A stretch of 64,000 bases of DNA from Euprymna scolopes (Eukaryota): NCBI GenBank assembly GCA_053919585.1, contig CM132793.1. One strand, written 5' to 3'. The notes beneath the pieces are model-generated. The model was not told the DNA's origin. It did no database searches and saw only the letters and a list, made by a program, of their open reading frames with translations. Positions 1 through 14,229 of this stretch are shown here, piece after piece. The first letter of the stretch is position 1; the number at the start of each line of letters is the position of its first letter. Position numbers and translations under genes: made by a program.

Positions 1-228
1 TATTCAAACATTACTTATGAGCTTCAAAGTTTTATCATTTATTTTAAAAAGGGGGTAATTTTTAAAAAAGTAAAACTTGAATTGTTCTGAAAGTCCAATT
101 TGATTTCGACTGCACATTTCGTCATTATTTCTATTACATAGCACTTAAAACAAATATTGGTATACATTCTTGTAAATATTAGCTTGCTATTCTTATAAGC
201 TATAATAATGTGTATTTAACATTATTAC

Positions 229-268
229 CTGCTCATTGCAGTAACTCTGCAGCAACCCCAACCCGTTT
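229..268 (-). CDS. Candidate 40-nt exon of putative minus-strand host gene (R-NGLGLLQSYCNEQ)
   Basis: Donor CAG|gtaata. Weak AAG acceptor without a good pyrimidine tract. Open in phase 2, matching the end phase of the 1013-1052 exon. Confidence 0.2.
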
Positions 269-1012
269 CTTAAATGCTAATTTATATTTCTAATCTAATG
301 CGAACTTCAGTTTGTGTTCTCGCATTCTTAATAGTTGTTTTTGCTGACGAAACTTGGTGTCGGAATGAACCGAGTAAACCTTCCAGGACAGTTTCGACTC
401 ATCTAATCAATATGCGAAATGCACTAAACCTGTACAACCTTAACGTTTCCACATATATTAATGGCACTACTATTTAACGATTGAGTATATTTTCCTATCT
501 TTTATGCACATAAGCATATTATCAGCGTGATGAGTGTTGTTTAAATATACTATATATATTTATCTTCCAATGTTCCCATATAGCCAATAAATTCCAATAT
601 TATCATAAAATCAACAATAAAATTTTAAGAATTTGTTTTCATTTGTATTTTTGCTGTCGTGCATTATATTTGAAATCAATGAAACTGGCAACTTTTCAAT
701 GAAATCGATTTAATTGCCTGATTTCGTCACCACAGCGCACATGGAGTGAGCTTCACATAACTCCTTGCAGTTACTTAAACCACAATACATTGTAGTTTAC
801 ATTACACGATGGATAACTCATTGTTAATGTAAAAAAATATTTTAATATAATATTGTATAGAAAGAGGGGTCTATTGACTGAATCATGTTGTATATCCACG
901 TATCACAGCGACTTCGAAACATGGTATATAGCGGGGTATGACATGCGAATATATTACAGTTCATATTTATATATAGGTATCATATTTTATAAACAGAGTA
1001 TATGATACATAC

Positions 1013-1052
1013 CTTTTCATTATCCTGACGACTTTTTCTTCACTGCTTTGCC
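1013..1052 (-). CDS. Candidate 40-nt exon (W-QSSEEKVVRIMK-R)
   Basis: Acceptor gcatttttatcatag and donor AAG|gtatgt. Purine-rich. Open only in phase 1. Confidence 0.35.
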
Positions 1053-1779
1053 CTATGATAAAAATGCAACGATCAACACCATAGCTGAATGAGACACCTG
1101 TTTGTTTTTTTGTTTTTTTTTGATAAACGACAGAAATACACTTTATATTTTGGAAATGGAAATATAAATTTATTTCAGCTGTCTTTGTAATCCTCACAAG
1201 GAGTCTGCATTACGTGTCTATATGCTTGTTCTTTCAATCCCGTGTCTTGGTTTCTAGCATGTCTGTTCACTTTGGTATGCAAATTCAACTCTCGAATCAA
1301 AACTTCTGTACCTCTTGACCTATCATTTCTGTTACACCATCATCAAAAGCACACGACTCCTAACATGTGACACGTACGCAACTGTTGACGGTCATTTTAT
1401 TCATTTAACTGAGCTAATTGATGTAAACATCTTCAGCCAAACAATAAACAACTCACAATCTAAACTGTTTTTACAATATTGCTAGATAGCGATATAAATA
1501 GATAGGTAGACAGATAGATAGATAGACCGATAATAACTAAGTAAACATTTAACCATGTTATTATCAGCAATAATTGTTATGATTAAAGATAAATGTACAA
1601 AAGTCAAGAATCATGATTAAGTTTTGTTCATTACAGAAACAGTCATTTTGAACGCCTTTTGTAATAAAAATTTCACCTACTGTCGATTTTATATGCCGTA
1701 CGTTTCTCCATTTCACTTACTAAAACTTCCCTTATGCATTTATGATGTTAGGCTCTATGAGCTGCTTAGTTTAGTAAAA

Positions 1780-1986
1780 TGCATTTGTTCAATTTTTTAT
1801 CGGGTTCTCTCAATTATCAATGATTTATACTTAGAAAAGTCATTCCGAGAAAACCCCTAGAGTTCCAAACACATAAAGTCCATTAATATGAACTTTAAAA
1901 ATCGGCTCATTCATTTAGGAGTCCATAGGGAACAGATTCAAAACACACACAGACAGTTTTATTTTATATAATAATACATTGATAGA
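1780..1986 (-). mobile_element. 5' part of a non-autonomous Helitron (Lep1-like)
   Basis: Minus strand begins TCTATC...TATATAAAATAAAACTGTCTGTGTGTG...GTTCCCTATGGACTCCTAAATGAATGAGCCGATTTT, the typical TC 5' end and subterminal pattern of short Helitrons. 3' end not found. Confidence 0.55.
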
Positions 1987-1991
1987 CGGAC

Positions 1992-1994
<3 letters not shown>

Positions 1995-2060
<66 letters not shown>

Positions 2061-2063
2061 TAT
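1995..2063. repeat. (TA)n microsatellite
   Basis: Directly visible. Similar arrays lie at ~2744-2800, 7469-7508, 8661-8732, 10004-10054, 12140-12189, 19286-19342, 19608-19663, 20956-21000, 29313-29393, 29993-30064, 33271-33345, 41885-41952, 48600-48652, 57463-57498, 58826-58877 and 62498-62568. Confidence 0.95.
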
Positions 2064-2739
2064 TATGCTCACTAAAGTAGCTGAAGTCTATAAAGATAAG
2101 CGTATGTTTTAGTAATACTGTGAAAAGCTTTTACATACACAGAAAAAATACAAGAGTACAAAGCAACTAAAGACCATAAACATTGTTAAAAAAGCTCAAA
2201 CCTCAGACTTGAGTAATTCGTCACTCATAACGACCCGAGCCCATGGAAGGAATTCTTTCTCGTGAATAACCTCTATATCGAGTGTTTGCCCACACCTCGT
2301 CCCTAGAGATGTCAACGCAGACCCAATATAAACAAACTTGATCGTCGCCTACGATGGATAAATAGTTCATTGACGAAAGGGAGACCACGATTTACGGTAA
2401 AGTGCCTTTATTTTTATCTATATTTTTCGAAAGTAAACGTTTCCGGTATATCCAACTCTCTACCTTACTGTTAATGTTTTCTTATAGTGCTTACCTTTCC
2501 TGTCTGTGTGTGTATTTTTCTCTATCTTTATTTCGTCTATATGTAAGTATATGTTTATTCTTTACCACCTTCCTCACACAAGTGACTAGTTCTCTTTCAC
2601 TCTCACTTCTTGCGAACAAATCACGCTCTTATCACTGCTATGTTTTTGTTTTTAGGTGTCTCCTGCTAATGTGTACCTGCCCGACTTTGATTCTTGCTCT
2701 CGCCCTGCTTCCTATATTAATCGATATGAACACATTTAT

Positions 2740-2800
<61 letters not shown>

Positions 2801-3489
2801 CGTTTTAATAAATCTTAGCCAATTTTATACTTTATTGCTATCTTAAAAACCTTAAGTCTAGATTATATATAACTGCATTTCACATGTAATCTATCTATCT
2901 ATTCTGTTTTACCATTACTTCATCCTTAATTAAGAAGGAACTCTGGGGCATCTCTAATGCAAATGCCGTGTAACTTGTTCCAGAAATATCATTTTGTTAA
3001 TTATAACATTTGTAACCCTGATATTGTTACTTTTCGTACCTTGTCTCAAATGAAGCACGTTAATCTAATGTTTATATGTGCATACATCAGAAAGGCGTTC
3101 GATGAATATTATGTGGTTTTTTTCGTAATGTTTTCCTGTTCGAATTTTCAGGTCTCTTAAGTTTTTATAACTTTCTGAAAATTTAGAAATTGAGGCTTTA
3201 ATAATTTTACTTTAAGAATAACACTACCCCGATGATTTTAATTCTATTTTTTTACATTTCCTTCTCAACCAATGCAGAGTGAAACTTTGATGTAGATTCC
3301 TACTATCAGGGACATGAATTGTATAGATATTATGCCATTTGTTTTTCAGCAAGATGTCTATACACGTTACACGTAAACTTATGTATGCCAATCCAGTGGT
3401 GCTAGCAGGAAACAGAAAGAAAATTTTAAAGTCTAGCAGTTCTGGGGGAACAAACTATTAATATAAAATACTTTCTTGTATGTACGGGT

Positions 3490-5080
3490 TCTTTGTTGGT
3501 TGCTGGGCTTTTTTCAGGGGGCATTACGTCGACGGTTATAAAAGGATTAGTAGTTCGTTAGAGCATCTATTATTAAATTACATGGAAAACAAGCAGAGGG
3601 ATGCAACATTTCGTCGATTAGACAGAGGGTGAAGCTTGAATGACAGATCAGGACCTATCAGGTTGGCGACTCTTTTTTGAACCCTGTCTAGCAGTGAGAG
3701 ACTAGTAGCAGACGCACCAGCCCAAATGTGACAACAATACTTCATACATGGGTGAATGGTGGCTTGTAGAGATACAAGATATTTTCAGGCGTAAGTAACT
3801 TTCTAGCACGGATAAATGGCCTACATTCTTCGCAGCAGCGTTGATAATGCTCTCAATGTATCTGTTCGAGCTCATGTTCTCTCTGAATGTTAAGCCCAGG
3901 AGTTTGAAAGAATTAGTTAAATATAATGTACATTTACTCTTAGCTATCGTTTGTTGAAAAGATTTCATGAAATTATTAAAGATAACAACCTTAATCATGG
4001 CAGTATTGAATGTGACTATCCATTTTGTCCCCATTCTACAACGGATTGGATGTCTTTCTCTAGTATTTCTGCTATTTACTTAGATATGTGTTCCAATTGT
4101 GCCTATTATAGAGCGTGATGTCATCAGAAAATATACTTATCTCAGAGACAATTTTATCAGGTACCACAGCCTGCTACCATTCACTCTCTAATAAATATAT
4201 ATATTTATTAAAAAATTATCTAGTATGGACTGCTGTCAGAACCAGTAAGTAATAATCTTTCTCTACAATGTTGAGCACGAAAATACGAAATAAAATAAAA
4301 CTGATAGATACCATCTGTTTAATCAGAATTACATGATCTTTTTTTTTAACATAACCTCTTGAATCTAAACCAATCAAATATCCAGACACAACTTAAGTAA
4401 GGGATGGAAATCTACTGACGTAACTAATCAGCGCACGGGAAATGTTGCCAGTTTTCATGAAGTTGGCATCACAAAAGTATAAACCACAAGAATTAATGTT
4501 TGAAATACTTGTGCATGAACACCTGTTTGACAAGAGAATGTATAGATTGTCGTAACTATCTGCCTGTTCATGCATCGGAGGTCTTTAACAGAAATCAGAT
4601 AGGATGCATATGCTTTAAAGTTAGCAAAATTATTTTATGATAGTCTGAAAATATAAAGCGCAATTTGAATTTCAGTCCGCAATAAACGATTTGTCAAGGA
4701 GGAATTTTCTCAGTGAGGGTTGGAGCTCAGAGTAACATGTTAGCTTTTGCTTTTGCCGCCTAAAGGAGAGGATTGAAGATTAATGGCATCAAAAATGGTT
4801 TATTGGACTTTATTTACCACACTAATATTGATTGTTCAGGAAATGTTACTAATTTCTGCATTTTGCTGAGCATTTCCTCAAGCTACAGCAACTACCTAAT
4901 TTCTATTTATTTTATGTTATAAGATATGTGTGCCAGTAGTTTAAATACAACAGTTAAAATTACATTCTGCTGATTTCACAGGTGAAAATAAAATTATTGC
5001 AAAGTGTTGAACTTGCTATTTTATTTCAGTGTTGGCGAGCGTTGATTGATGCAATTCACTAATGTATGTAATATCAGAAT
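3490..5080 (-). mobile_element. Decayed CR1/Jockey-group LINE, reverse transcriptase region
   Basis: Frameshifted KWIVTFN, LLGLTF, and MKYCCHIWAGASAT at ~3700-3750. The upstream part is much more degraded. Confidence 0.75.
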
Positions 5081-6216
5081 CGAAATAAACAAGATGTGAA
5101 TGATATTCGATCTGTGAAGTTATTTCCATGGGATTTACAATCAATCAGTTCAGAGATTTTCGTGTTTTAGTAAAATGTGTGCATCTTAGCGAAAATTTTT
5201 AGCATTATATCAACAATTATTACCAGATGAAAACATTAGATTATATGAAGATCTTAATGTTACTGATTCATACGAACTATTAACAATTTATCTATCACAT
5301 TGAAAGTAGCTCAATGTAAGAGAGTTTTGAATGGTTCTAATTTTTCAAAACTATATTACACATTTGAGTAGACGTATTTTACCTTAATGAACCAAATATA
5401 ATTAGAGCCGATGCTTACATATGAGATACATGTATATCTCTTTCAATCCATAGACTACAGAAGATACTACAATATTTTAAATGTATTGTACTAATAAACC
5501 CCAAGCTAGACATATTGTTAACTGAATTAAAAGGGACTTTTGTTTGAGACCATATGTTACTAGGATTGTATAGAGTTCATCAGGATGTTTACATTACTAT
5601 TGAAATTCTGCCTTTTAGTAAAGTAAAAGAAGCAGGGATACGGGGAGTTCCCTCAAGTCTGAGGGACGAAACTTATATACATTTTCTTCGGATGTACATA
5701 TCGAATAATTTTGAGGTATGTACATCAATCTTTGACAAAAGTAAACGAAATAAAGTCCCTGCTTATGTTTTTAACATAATAATAGTTAAAATCGAAAATA
5801 TTTAAAAAATAGAAATAAAATAGTGAGTTTCTTCACTGAATGAATGATGTGTTTAAATGAAAAGTTTTGTATCGTGAGAAATTGCACCTGATAATGCGAA
5901 ACAAGCTAATGTTGTATGATGTTTATTGAATAACATTTTTTAACAAAAATGCCTATTATGAACACGCCTATATATTTATATCGCGGAGTTGTTTTTGTAT
6001 TTTCTTTGAATAAATATAAATCTCGATTATCTATCTTAGGATTGCTGCCATTGCTGTGGCTTCTTACATTAAATAGTATGAAACAGCTAGTCTGGGCTTC
6101 CACTTTGCGCATGTGAAAGAATATATTTGTCAGCGTACAACAGCTGACATAGTTTTTGTTAACAAATCCTTCCACTCTATACACGCCTTTCTTTCTTACA
6201 TTCTCCCTCTCTTTCT

Positions 6217-6217
6217 C

Positions 6218-6302
<85 letters not shown>
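6217..6302. repeat. Compound (CA)n(TA)n(GA)n microsatellite
   Basis: Directly visible. Similar compound arrays at 12333-12418, 26520-26575 and 59880-60059. Confidence 0.95.
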
Positions 6303-6305
<3 letters not shown>

Positions 6306-6693
6306 AAAAGACATAAATACAGTCTCATGATATAAATAGAAACACACATTAAATCTCAGGATACAACATAATGGTAAAAGAAAAAGACAAGTGAGATTAA
6401 ATGTTGATAACATCCAAATTGCTTAAAGAGCGACCAATTCGTCGCCGCGTTTTTGAGCAATGATTAGGAACATGTAGTCTGACGGTTGCAATGTGGTTCA
6501 ATGCAAAAATTCTAGAAACCACAAAAGCATTAAACCACAAAAATACAGGCAAAATTAGTTTTTGCGCCGCTAGCCAGACACGACTGTGGGATTTGGTGGT
6601 TATTTCATGATCACCGGGAAATTTGCTTCGTGAACATCCAAAAACAGTGTGATAATTATGCCTATAAGCTAAAGGCGATTTCAGTGGAAAATC

Positions 6694-6759
6694 TTCACGA
6701 GGCTCTATACACTGGTAAATACGCACTATATTCATGGGGCTCTATACACTGGTAAATAC
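6694..6759. repeat. Short direct duplication, 37-bp period
   Basis: ggctctatacactggtaaatac occurs at 6701-6722 and 6738-6759. Confidence 0.9.
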
Positions 6760-6984
6760 CCGAGCGCAAATATTATAAAAATAGTCAAACAGATTTGTGA
6801 ATATAATATATTTCTATAGAACAAGTTTCTCTTTACATATCTTGTTTTTTCATTGCCTTAGACACATCAACGCAAAAAAAAAAAACATATATATGTCTGT
6901 CTATTTATTTCGATGAGTACCACGAAATATTACTGATGATGTTACGACGCGCACGTCAAAGTTTTGTAGCAAGAGTTGCCCAAT

Positions 6985-7450
6985 TTCAAATTGGAAAATA
7001 TTTTAAATCTGTTTTCGGCCAGAAATTTAACTGTCAAAGTGTCACTGTTAAACAATTTCACCTTTGAAAATCTATGAGACTCCTCCGGGGTCAATGTTAA
7101 TAAAATTGCCTCTCGGCCAATTTTTGGTCTGAACGTTGTGAATTTTAGATAAAGTGTATTCAGATATAGGCCAAGTTTTTAATATGATTTGGGCTGCAAA
7201 TTCGGGAGCCGAGTGGTCACAATTCAAAAAATGTAAGCTTTGCGGTCTCTTACAAACAATTCAGCAAATTTTGAATCGAAACATTTAAAATTTTACATAA
7301 AGAAAATTGAGACATGCAGCATATTTTTATGCGAAAATGTTGCTTCCAAGAGGTCAAAGTTGGAAGAGTTGACATCTGCAGACGTTAGCAACCTCCTCCG
7401 ACAATTTTAGATTCAAACACTAGCAATTTTAGATGTAGGTTTCCTGGAAA
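6985..7450 (+). mobile_element. Non-autonomous DNA-transposon-like repeat, related to 37200-37482
   Basis: Shares ggtcaaagtt...ctcctccgacaattt...ttttagat(g/a)taggtt and ccagaaatt...gttaaac blocks with the reverse complement of 37320-37450. Has internal subrepeats. Confidence 0.6.
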
Positions 7451-7464
7451 CAAGTAAACAATTT

Positions 7465-7511
<47 letters not shown>

Positions 7512-7822
7512 CCTTACAAAATATTATTGGCAGTAAAAGTACTATCCCATCTAAATAAGAATTGTTCGATATACAAAATAAAGCGAATGACTGATATTTT
7601 AGTCATTCAATAAAATTAAAAAAAAATATTATGTGAAATGGTTAAATTTCAAATCAAAAGATGTTAATAATGCTGTGTAAGACGGAGAATACATTTGAAA
7701 TATTGTAACTTCTTATCCTATAGGAGTTCGATGTCTATAATCACTTCAGCTGGGAAATATTAGCAAATAATTATAATGGTTTACACCTTCTTTGCTAAAG
7801 TCGGTGAGACATAGAAACTCAC

Positions 7823-7852
7823 AATTAAAAGTTGTTTTTTTCAAGTATTTAA
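7823..7852 (-). CDS. Candidate 30-nt symmetric phase-1 micro-exon (KYLKKTTFN)
   Basis: Long pyrimidine tract ccttttcctttacttttcttactcaaatgatag and donor gtgagt. Open only in phase 1. Confidence 0.35.
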
Positions 7853-8632
7853 CTATCATTGAGTAAGAAAAGTAAAGGAAAAGGATATAGAAATTCACGT
7901 AAAAATTGCATGGTAAAATCCGAAGTGAACAACTTTGATAGCAGCGAGGTAATGCAATCAAATCTGTATTTTGAGTAATTCACATCACAAGGTAATAGTC
8001 CGAATTGCCATTCTCCAGGAAATTATCTTTGCTTATATAATGAGTCCGGAAAATAAAGTATCGTATAGTCCGGAGGATCTATTTCATAATGAACATGTAA
8101 TTTTACATATTTAACATATGTACATAATTATAGAGCATGAGCTTCAAATTCCACTCCAAAATAACTTTAAATTGTGAATAAAATAAAATAAACCCGCTTT
8201 CTATATACAGGCTAATAAAATAAATGAAGAGAAAGCAAACTAAAATGATCTATGAATTCTGATGATGCTAGTTGGATTTTTCCTCTCTTTGAGGATTTTT
8301 CTCTAGTTGAAACAATTTGTAAACTCATTCTGGACNNNNNNNNNNNNNNNNNNNNNNNNNNNNNNNNNNNNNNNNNNNNNNNNNNNNNNNNNNNNNNNNN
8401 NNNNNNNNNNNNNNNNNNNNNNNNNNNNNNNNNNNNNNNNNNNNNNNNNNNNNNNNNNNNNNNNNNNNNNATATTTCAAATGTATTCTTTGTCTTACATT
8501 GAATACTTAAAATATTTTAATTTGAAATTTAACCATTTCACGTCATAATTTTTAAAAAATTGTTTATTGAATGATTTAAATTATATATATATATATATAT
8601 ATATGAACATAAAGTTATCACAGTATATAGAG

Positions 8633-8659
8633 CCCGAGTAAAGCTGGGGTGAACTGCTA

Positions 8660-8660
<1 letters not shown>
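8633..8660 (+). mobile_element. Helitron 3' terminus (imperfect hairpin + CTAG followed by T)
   Basis: cccgagtaaagctggggtgaactgCTAG|t has the same 28-nt layout as the terminus at 40905-40932. Confidence 0.55.
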
Positions 8661-8735
<75 letters not shown>

Positions 8736-8759
8736 GTGTGTGTGTGTGCGTATTAGCTT

Positions 8760-9522
8760 AACACCTTAAAAGAAGACACCGAGAAATTTTGCTGTAGAAG
8801 AAACTATCTAGGACATAATTAGCAGGGATACATTGCGGAGAGTTTAGCAGCAAGATGTCTACATAACACTTGCACTTCTTCAGATGGATGCAGTCGGGAA
8901 AGCATTGACTTGAACAAAAAATTCAAAATCTAACTGTAATAGTGCAGAATGGTTGCAAGACTCTGAAGATTTCTTCTGTGTTGTAATTGGAATTAGCTAT
9001 TTTTTGGGATCTTCGTGTGATGTTGCGTCAAGAGAGTACAGGGGCTTATAGTGCTTCGAAACAGCTATATTGAAAGTAATCGAAATACAAGAAGAGAGAT
9101 GCAACATTGAGTTAATGGGAGAAAAGATGAAGCCTAGCAGGTTGTTGCTGACTCTCTTTTGAACCTTGTCTTAGAGGGAGAGTCTAGTAGCAGATGCAAT
9201 AGCCGAAATGTGGCAACAGTGCTCTATACATAGGCAAATGGTAGCATTTTAGATGTACAGGTTATTCTCAGGCGTAAGTAAGTCTCTATCACGGTAGAGA
9301 AGTGCTATCCTCTTTGCAGCAGCTTGTCAATGCCCTCGATGTATCCATTCTGACTTATGTTCGTTATGAATGTTTATTCGAGGAGTTTACACAAAGTACT
9401 TTCAAAGATTGTGCCATTAATAACAGTTTATAGTGGTTGAGCAGGTTACTTGTAATTATTAAAGGACAAAAGGTTTGCCTTGATTTCATTGGACGTTACC
9501 ATCAATTATTGCCCGCATTCCA
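8760..9522 (-). mobile_element. Decayed CR1/Jockey-group LINE 3' fragment
   Basis: PMY/CIEHCCHISA motif at ~9200-9235. Collinear similarity to 3600-4040. Confidence 0.75.
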
Positions 9523-10000
9523 CTAAAGACTAGAGCGAGCTATTCCGCTAGCGTCTTCCCTCTGGCCTTGGATACGTGTGCCTGTTCCCCCCCCCCGTCT
9601 GATATCAAGCTTGGTGTCCTCAGTAAATATATCCATCTCACAAACAATTTGATCAAGAATGTAATATATGAATATTTTAAAATTATAAATTATTATGAAT
9701 ATCACGGCGAAAAAAGGTCGAAGTATTTCGTTGTATCGCAACTCATCTGTGTGGCTAAATGAGCACCTTTCCCTAGCCGTGGATTTTACATTCAAACATC
9801 TCGTTGATAGACAACAGTTTAAACTACTGCACCACATATCAGTACTCGTAAACTAAGTCATCAAATGGTCATAAGTAAACATTTGTACATTGCTTTTACA
9901 GTGCTCTAGTTGCTAGTTTATTTACCCAAAAACAAACAGAGAACCTAATTTAATAGCGAAATATACAGTGGGGGAGATGCATTTACGTCAGAATATACAC

Positions 10001-10054
<54 letters not shown>

Positions 10055-10057
<3 letters not shown>

Positions 10058-10897
10058 GCTTGACGGAACGAAAAAATAACGCCCTAAAAAAGGCATGCGT
10101 ACATTTCCGTTTGATGAATGCAGGGTTATTTATTTTATTGCAGACCATCTACTTGTTCTCCGGTTGTGTACATAGAGCCTTCTAGCATTTCGAAAAGTGA
10201 TACAATGTTAACCCAACGAAATCTGAGATGCGTCGCTCTACTAATCATGCTCCCAACCGATGCAATAATGGCAAATGGACCATAGCTAGCATACGCAAAG
10301 TGCATCGTGGCATTGCCAGTAATAACACGGACATGCCAGGGTTATGAAAACAAACTTTTGGGCCATGGTTATGGTCGTTGGTGTGGTTTCCAGTTAAGGC
10401 CACATCATGTCACCTCCCATCTAGGAAGTTGACTTGACGGTCAACACTAAAGTGTACCTGGATGTGTGCAAGAGTATAGTGACACTCTGCTGCAATTAGC
10501 TGACCGCTGGTAGATCCTCGGTGTGGCAACAGGATAGGCACCTAGCCATAATCCAGAGACATTCATAACTGTATAACATCTCTCACTGTCCCATTCTCTG
10601 TTGTACTTAACCCGCTGGACTAACTCATTTGCTCATAGGTCGAGAAAATCACGAAATTACCTCGCACAATACTTACGCCCGTTTGATTGCCGCCATCAGC
10701 CGAGCATTCGCCAGCCTCCTCCGAAGCTTCTAGAAAAGGCGTGCTCCCCATTACCGACCTGTATTGGAACAGTTATTGAGGCTGAATGCAGCTACATTGT
10801 ATAAATATAAGCTATACTACATAATCAGTATACCTAAATTATTTTAACCAGTTTTTTTAAAAATAAATATGTTCTGTTTTTGCTTAAACGCACCAAT
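10055..10897 (+). mobile_element. Decayed Tc1/mariner transposon, maT (DD37D)-like
   Basis: Frameshifted VMVVGVVSS*GHIMSP, VNTKVYLDV, VWQQD..AH and LNPLD motifs at 10365-10623. Starts right after a (TA)n array. Confidence 0.75.
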
Positions 10898-12136
10898 NNN
10901 NNNNNNNNNNNNNNNNNNNNNNNNNNNNNNNNNNNNNNNNNNNNNNNNNNNNNNNNNNNNNNNNNNNNNNNNNNNNNNNNNNNNNNNNNNNNNNNNNNNN
11001 NNNNNNNNNNNNNNNNNNNNNNNNNNNNNNNNNNNNNNNNNNNNNNNNNNNNNNNNNNNNNNNNNNNNNNNNNNNNNNNNNNNNNNNNNNNNNNNNNNNN
11101 NNNNNNNNNNNNNNNNNNNNNNNNNNNNNNNNNNNNNNNNNNNNNNNNNNNNNNNNNNNNNNNNNNNNNGATGGATTTCACTTTTAACGCCCGAATGCAT
11201 CATTTCTGAAAAACCCGACTATTTTGAAAAGAAACAGAAAATTATGTGACCCTGCTACGTTCAAACAGGACGGTTAAGGGATGCGAATGGTTGACGTCTA
11301 ATACACCGTATTGGGCGGTCCGTATAATTGGTTTATATTCAGGCCACAGATTTGATGTATACATCAATTTCAGATGAAGAAAAAGTATTTCAACAGAATG
11401 TGCTCCAATGAACTAGCTGTACTTTTGTCAAATTAACGTAAATATCCCTGATAAACCTAAGAAGCAGCAAAATCTCAGCTTTTAATTTTAAATGTCCTCA
11501 AATGCTTCCAAACTTTCTTCTCTAATAATTTCTTTCTTCAAACTACTTGCATTTGGAATTCCTTTTCTACTCCATGTTTTCCTCGACTGTACCAGTGTGT
11601 AGAAATTTAAATGTAATGTAAACAGTAATCTTGCTGTGCAATTCTCTACTTAAATCTATACCCTAATTTACAGTAGCCCCTTGATGTCTTGTGCAAATAG
11701 TTTCAACAGGTGTAAGAAGTTTTCTAGCCAGGTGGGAGGAACCCACTTTCTTGGCAGCAGACTTGGCAGTGTCAGTAGGCTTTATGCATGTTTCTTTATG
11801 TTTGTTAAGTGTCCTGTTGGAGATGATTCTTTGGTGAATATTTTTATTTTATGGCAAATTAAAAAAAAAAAGTTTTCTTTTTTAATAATCTATTGGATAC
11901 TACCAGAACACTGTTGTATTTGAAATGTTTATATTAACCAACGAGTTCTTAGATTTTTCTTAAAATTTGTTATCACTCAATTGTACACGTTTTTGCACAT
12001 TTGCTGTTTCACATAAATTTAGTAAAATATTTATTTAAACACAAAGTGTACATGTGAATTTAAGTTCTCCCAATATGTAAGTCTATTTAATTTCTTAGAT
12101 ACACATTAAAATTTGAATAACGACACACACACATAT

Positions 12137-12185
<49 letters not shown>

Positions 12186-12192
<7 letters not shown>

Positions 12193-12300
12193 TACTGTTT
12201 CGCTGTATCACAGCTCATCAATGTACCTAGACAGGCAACTACTCCAAATCAGGATCGAAACCCCACCGCCCAAACCACAGTAACGTCTTCTTACAATTAT
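12186..12300 (-). ncRNA. Degenerate hammerhead ribozyme downstream of a B-box-like motif (SINE-like unit)
   Basis: Minus strand: GGTTTCGATCC ... taca-TTGATGA-GCTGT-gat-ACAGC-GAAA-CAGTAATG-TA. Perfect 5-bp stem II, C3U core change, and stem I lost into (TA)n. Confidence 0.6.
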
Positions 12301-12348
12301 GTTATTTGGCGGCTTCTGTGCTCTCTATTTCCCTCTCTCACTCTCTCT

Positions 12349-12422
<74 letters not shown>

Positions 12423-14229
12423 ATATAGAGACAGAGAGGGCGAGTGAGAGATCGAGGGAGAGAGATAGATCAAGAGAGACCGAGAAGATAGACATAGAAA
12501 ATTTTAACCAAGATTATATGTATATATTTATTTATATGTACACCCCATATGTATATACATATGTCTTTGTATTAATTAATTAATTGTATTCTACGGTGAT
12601 TTTCTCAGAGGTTTAATTTCTGAAGCAATTTTTCTATTATTCTTATGATATAATCAGATAATAAACCTGTTTAAATGGCAAAATTGTTATCCCTATGAAT
12701 GGTTCGTACTTGGGAGCAAAAACTCATAGTTTCTCGCTGAGCAGTTTGGGTAACTAGAACGCTGAAATTGATCACCAGCTGGGCCCAATGAATTGGACGA
12801 TCAGCGTCCGGGAGAATTGCAAACAGCGCTAGTAGCCAAAAACCAGACCCCATGCTTGGGATATGCGAGTTATTTCAGCTGATTACCAGATGCTTGGGGA
12901 CAAGACATCGGGTTTTGAAATCCATTTTCACATCGCTGCATCTGTTATTCCGATGTCCCAGAAGAGGATCTACCCATATTGTCTCCTGTTTAGTCCCGCA
13001 GTATGGCTTTTGCGATACCTTCTTAATAGGACGAATGTTTGGGGTTACCGCAACCGCATTCTATTCTTCTTGATTGCGCTTAGTTATTGGAAAGGAAGAA
13101 GTGTATTCGACGTGCATAATCCGCATTAAAAACAGTTGTAACATAAGTGATTTAACATTACTCGCATATATTCGCGTATACACGAGTGATCTTGACAGAA
13201 TTTTACTGGGCTATAAAGTGTAATTGTATGAATTTAGTAGTAGGGTAACTAAATATTGATTAATTAAGAGTTCAATTTATTTAATTAGATATTTTAAAGT
13301 AGGTTTATAAAGCTATAATATTATTAAATAGATATTCATTGTATCCTTTTCAGCTTTATGTGGGTTGGAATATGCAGTGTTGCTGTTTTCTTTTTTAGGG
13401 AGGAGTGAAAACTAAATTTAAAATTCTAATATTATTTTGATTCATACTTTACCTAGTTGTCCTATTCTTGTTCTTTCTAATATTTATCAACAATCTTTTA
13501 ACCATATTACATTCATTTTTTTAATCTAATACATACAATTCTAATGTTTATATCCCATTCTTCTATTGTGACACATACCGAGAGAGAAACCTCTTTCAAT
13601 CTTAGTTTTATATTATATTTAAGGAGTGTAACTGTTTTAGTAGACACTTATTATTCTATGTACTAACTTAATAGAAATTAACCATGTAAGAAGTGCAATA
13701 GTACTTGTATCTTCCTCCAATGCGCAGTACTACGCATTTCTGTAGTGATAAACCTCTTATATTCCTCAGATCTAAGTAATGACACTTTATCAAATCTCCA
13801 ATACTAATGAATACTGCAACACTGTCCCATTGCTTACTGTACACAAAATAACCCTTATCCCCGAATTGATTCTGGGCCTTGATAAGTGTTGCCCTTCATG
13901 TAAAAAAAAAAAGATCATGCATCTATGATGTGGAAAACAATTATGTAAATCCTGTGATATTTACCACATACGTTTATGAACGAGACAGACTCGAGAATCT
14001 TAATCTAGGACTTTACAACAGCTGGTGACTGAAACAATTTGATTGTTTGCAAACCTACAATCCTTAAGGAGTAGGAAGCCTCCGCCTATCAGCCGATTTT
14101 AATATTTATTTTTTACTTATTAGTCAGTCGCTGAGGTTAGATTAGAGGCACTCAGCAGAGACAGCTCGTGCAAGAGGGCCCCCCATCGCCTACACGCGTC
14201 TAATTATTCTTTTAAACGAAATATCTAGG

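Noticed and set aside
385-410. Minus-strand tagatgagtcgaaac
   Set aside because: Incomplete core and no supporting stems.
5598-5640. Hairpin gttccctca/tgagggac followed by GAAAC
   Set aside because: The CUGANGA half is missing and there is no stem III or stem I.
6694-6759. Direct repeat with a spacer, superficially CRISPR-like
   Set aside because: Only two units, a very short spacer, eukaryotic context and no cas genes.
12670-13900. GC-richer segments possibly derived from retroelements
   Set aside because: No motif could be identified with confidence.
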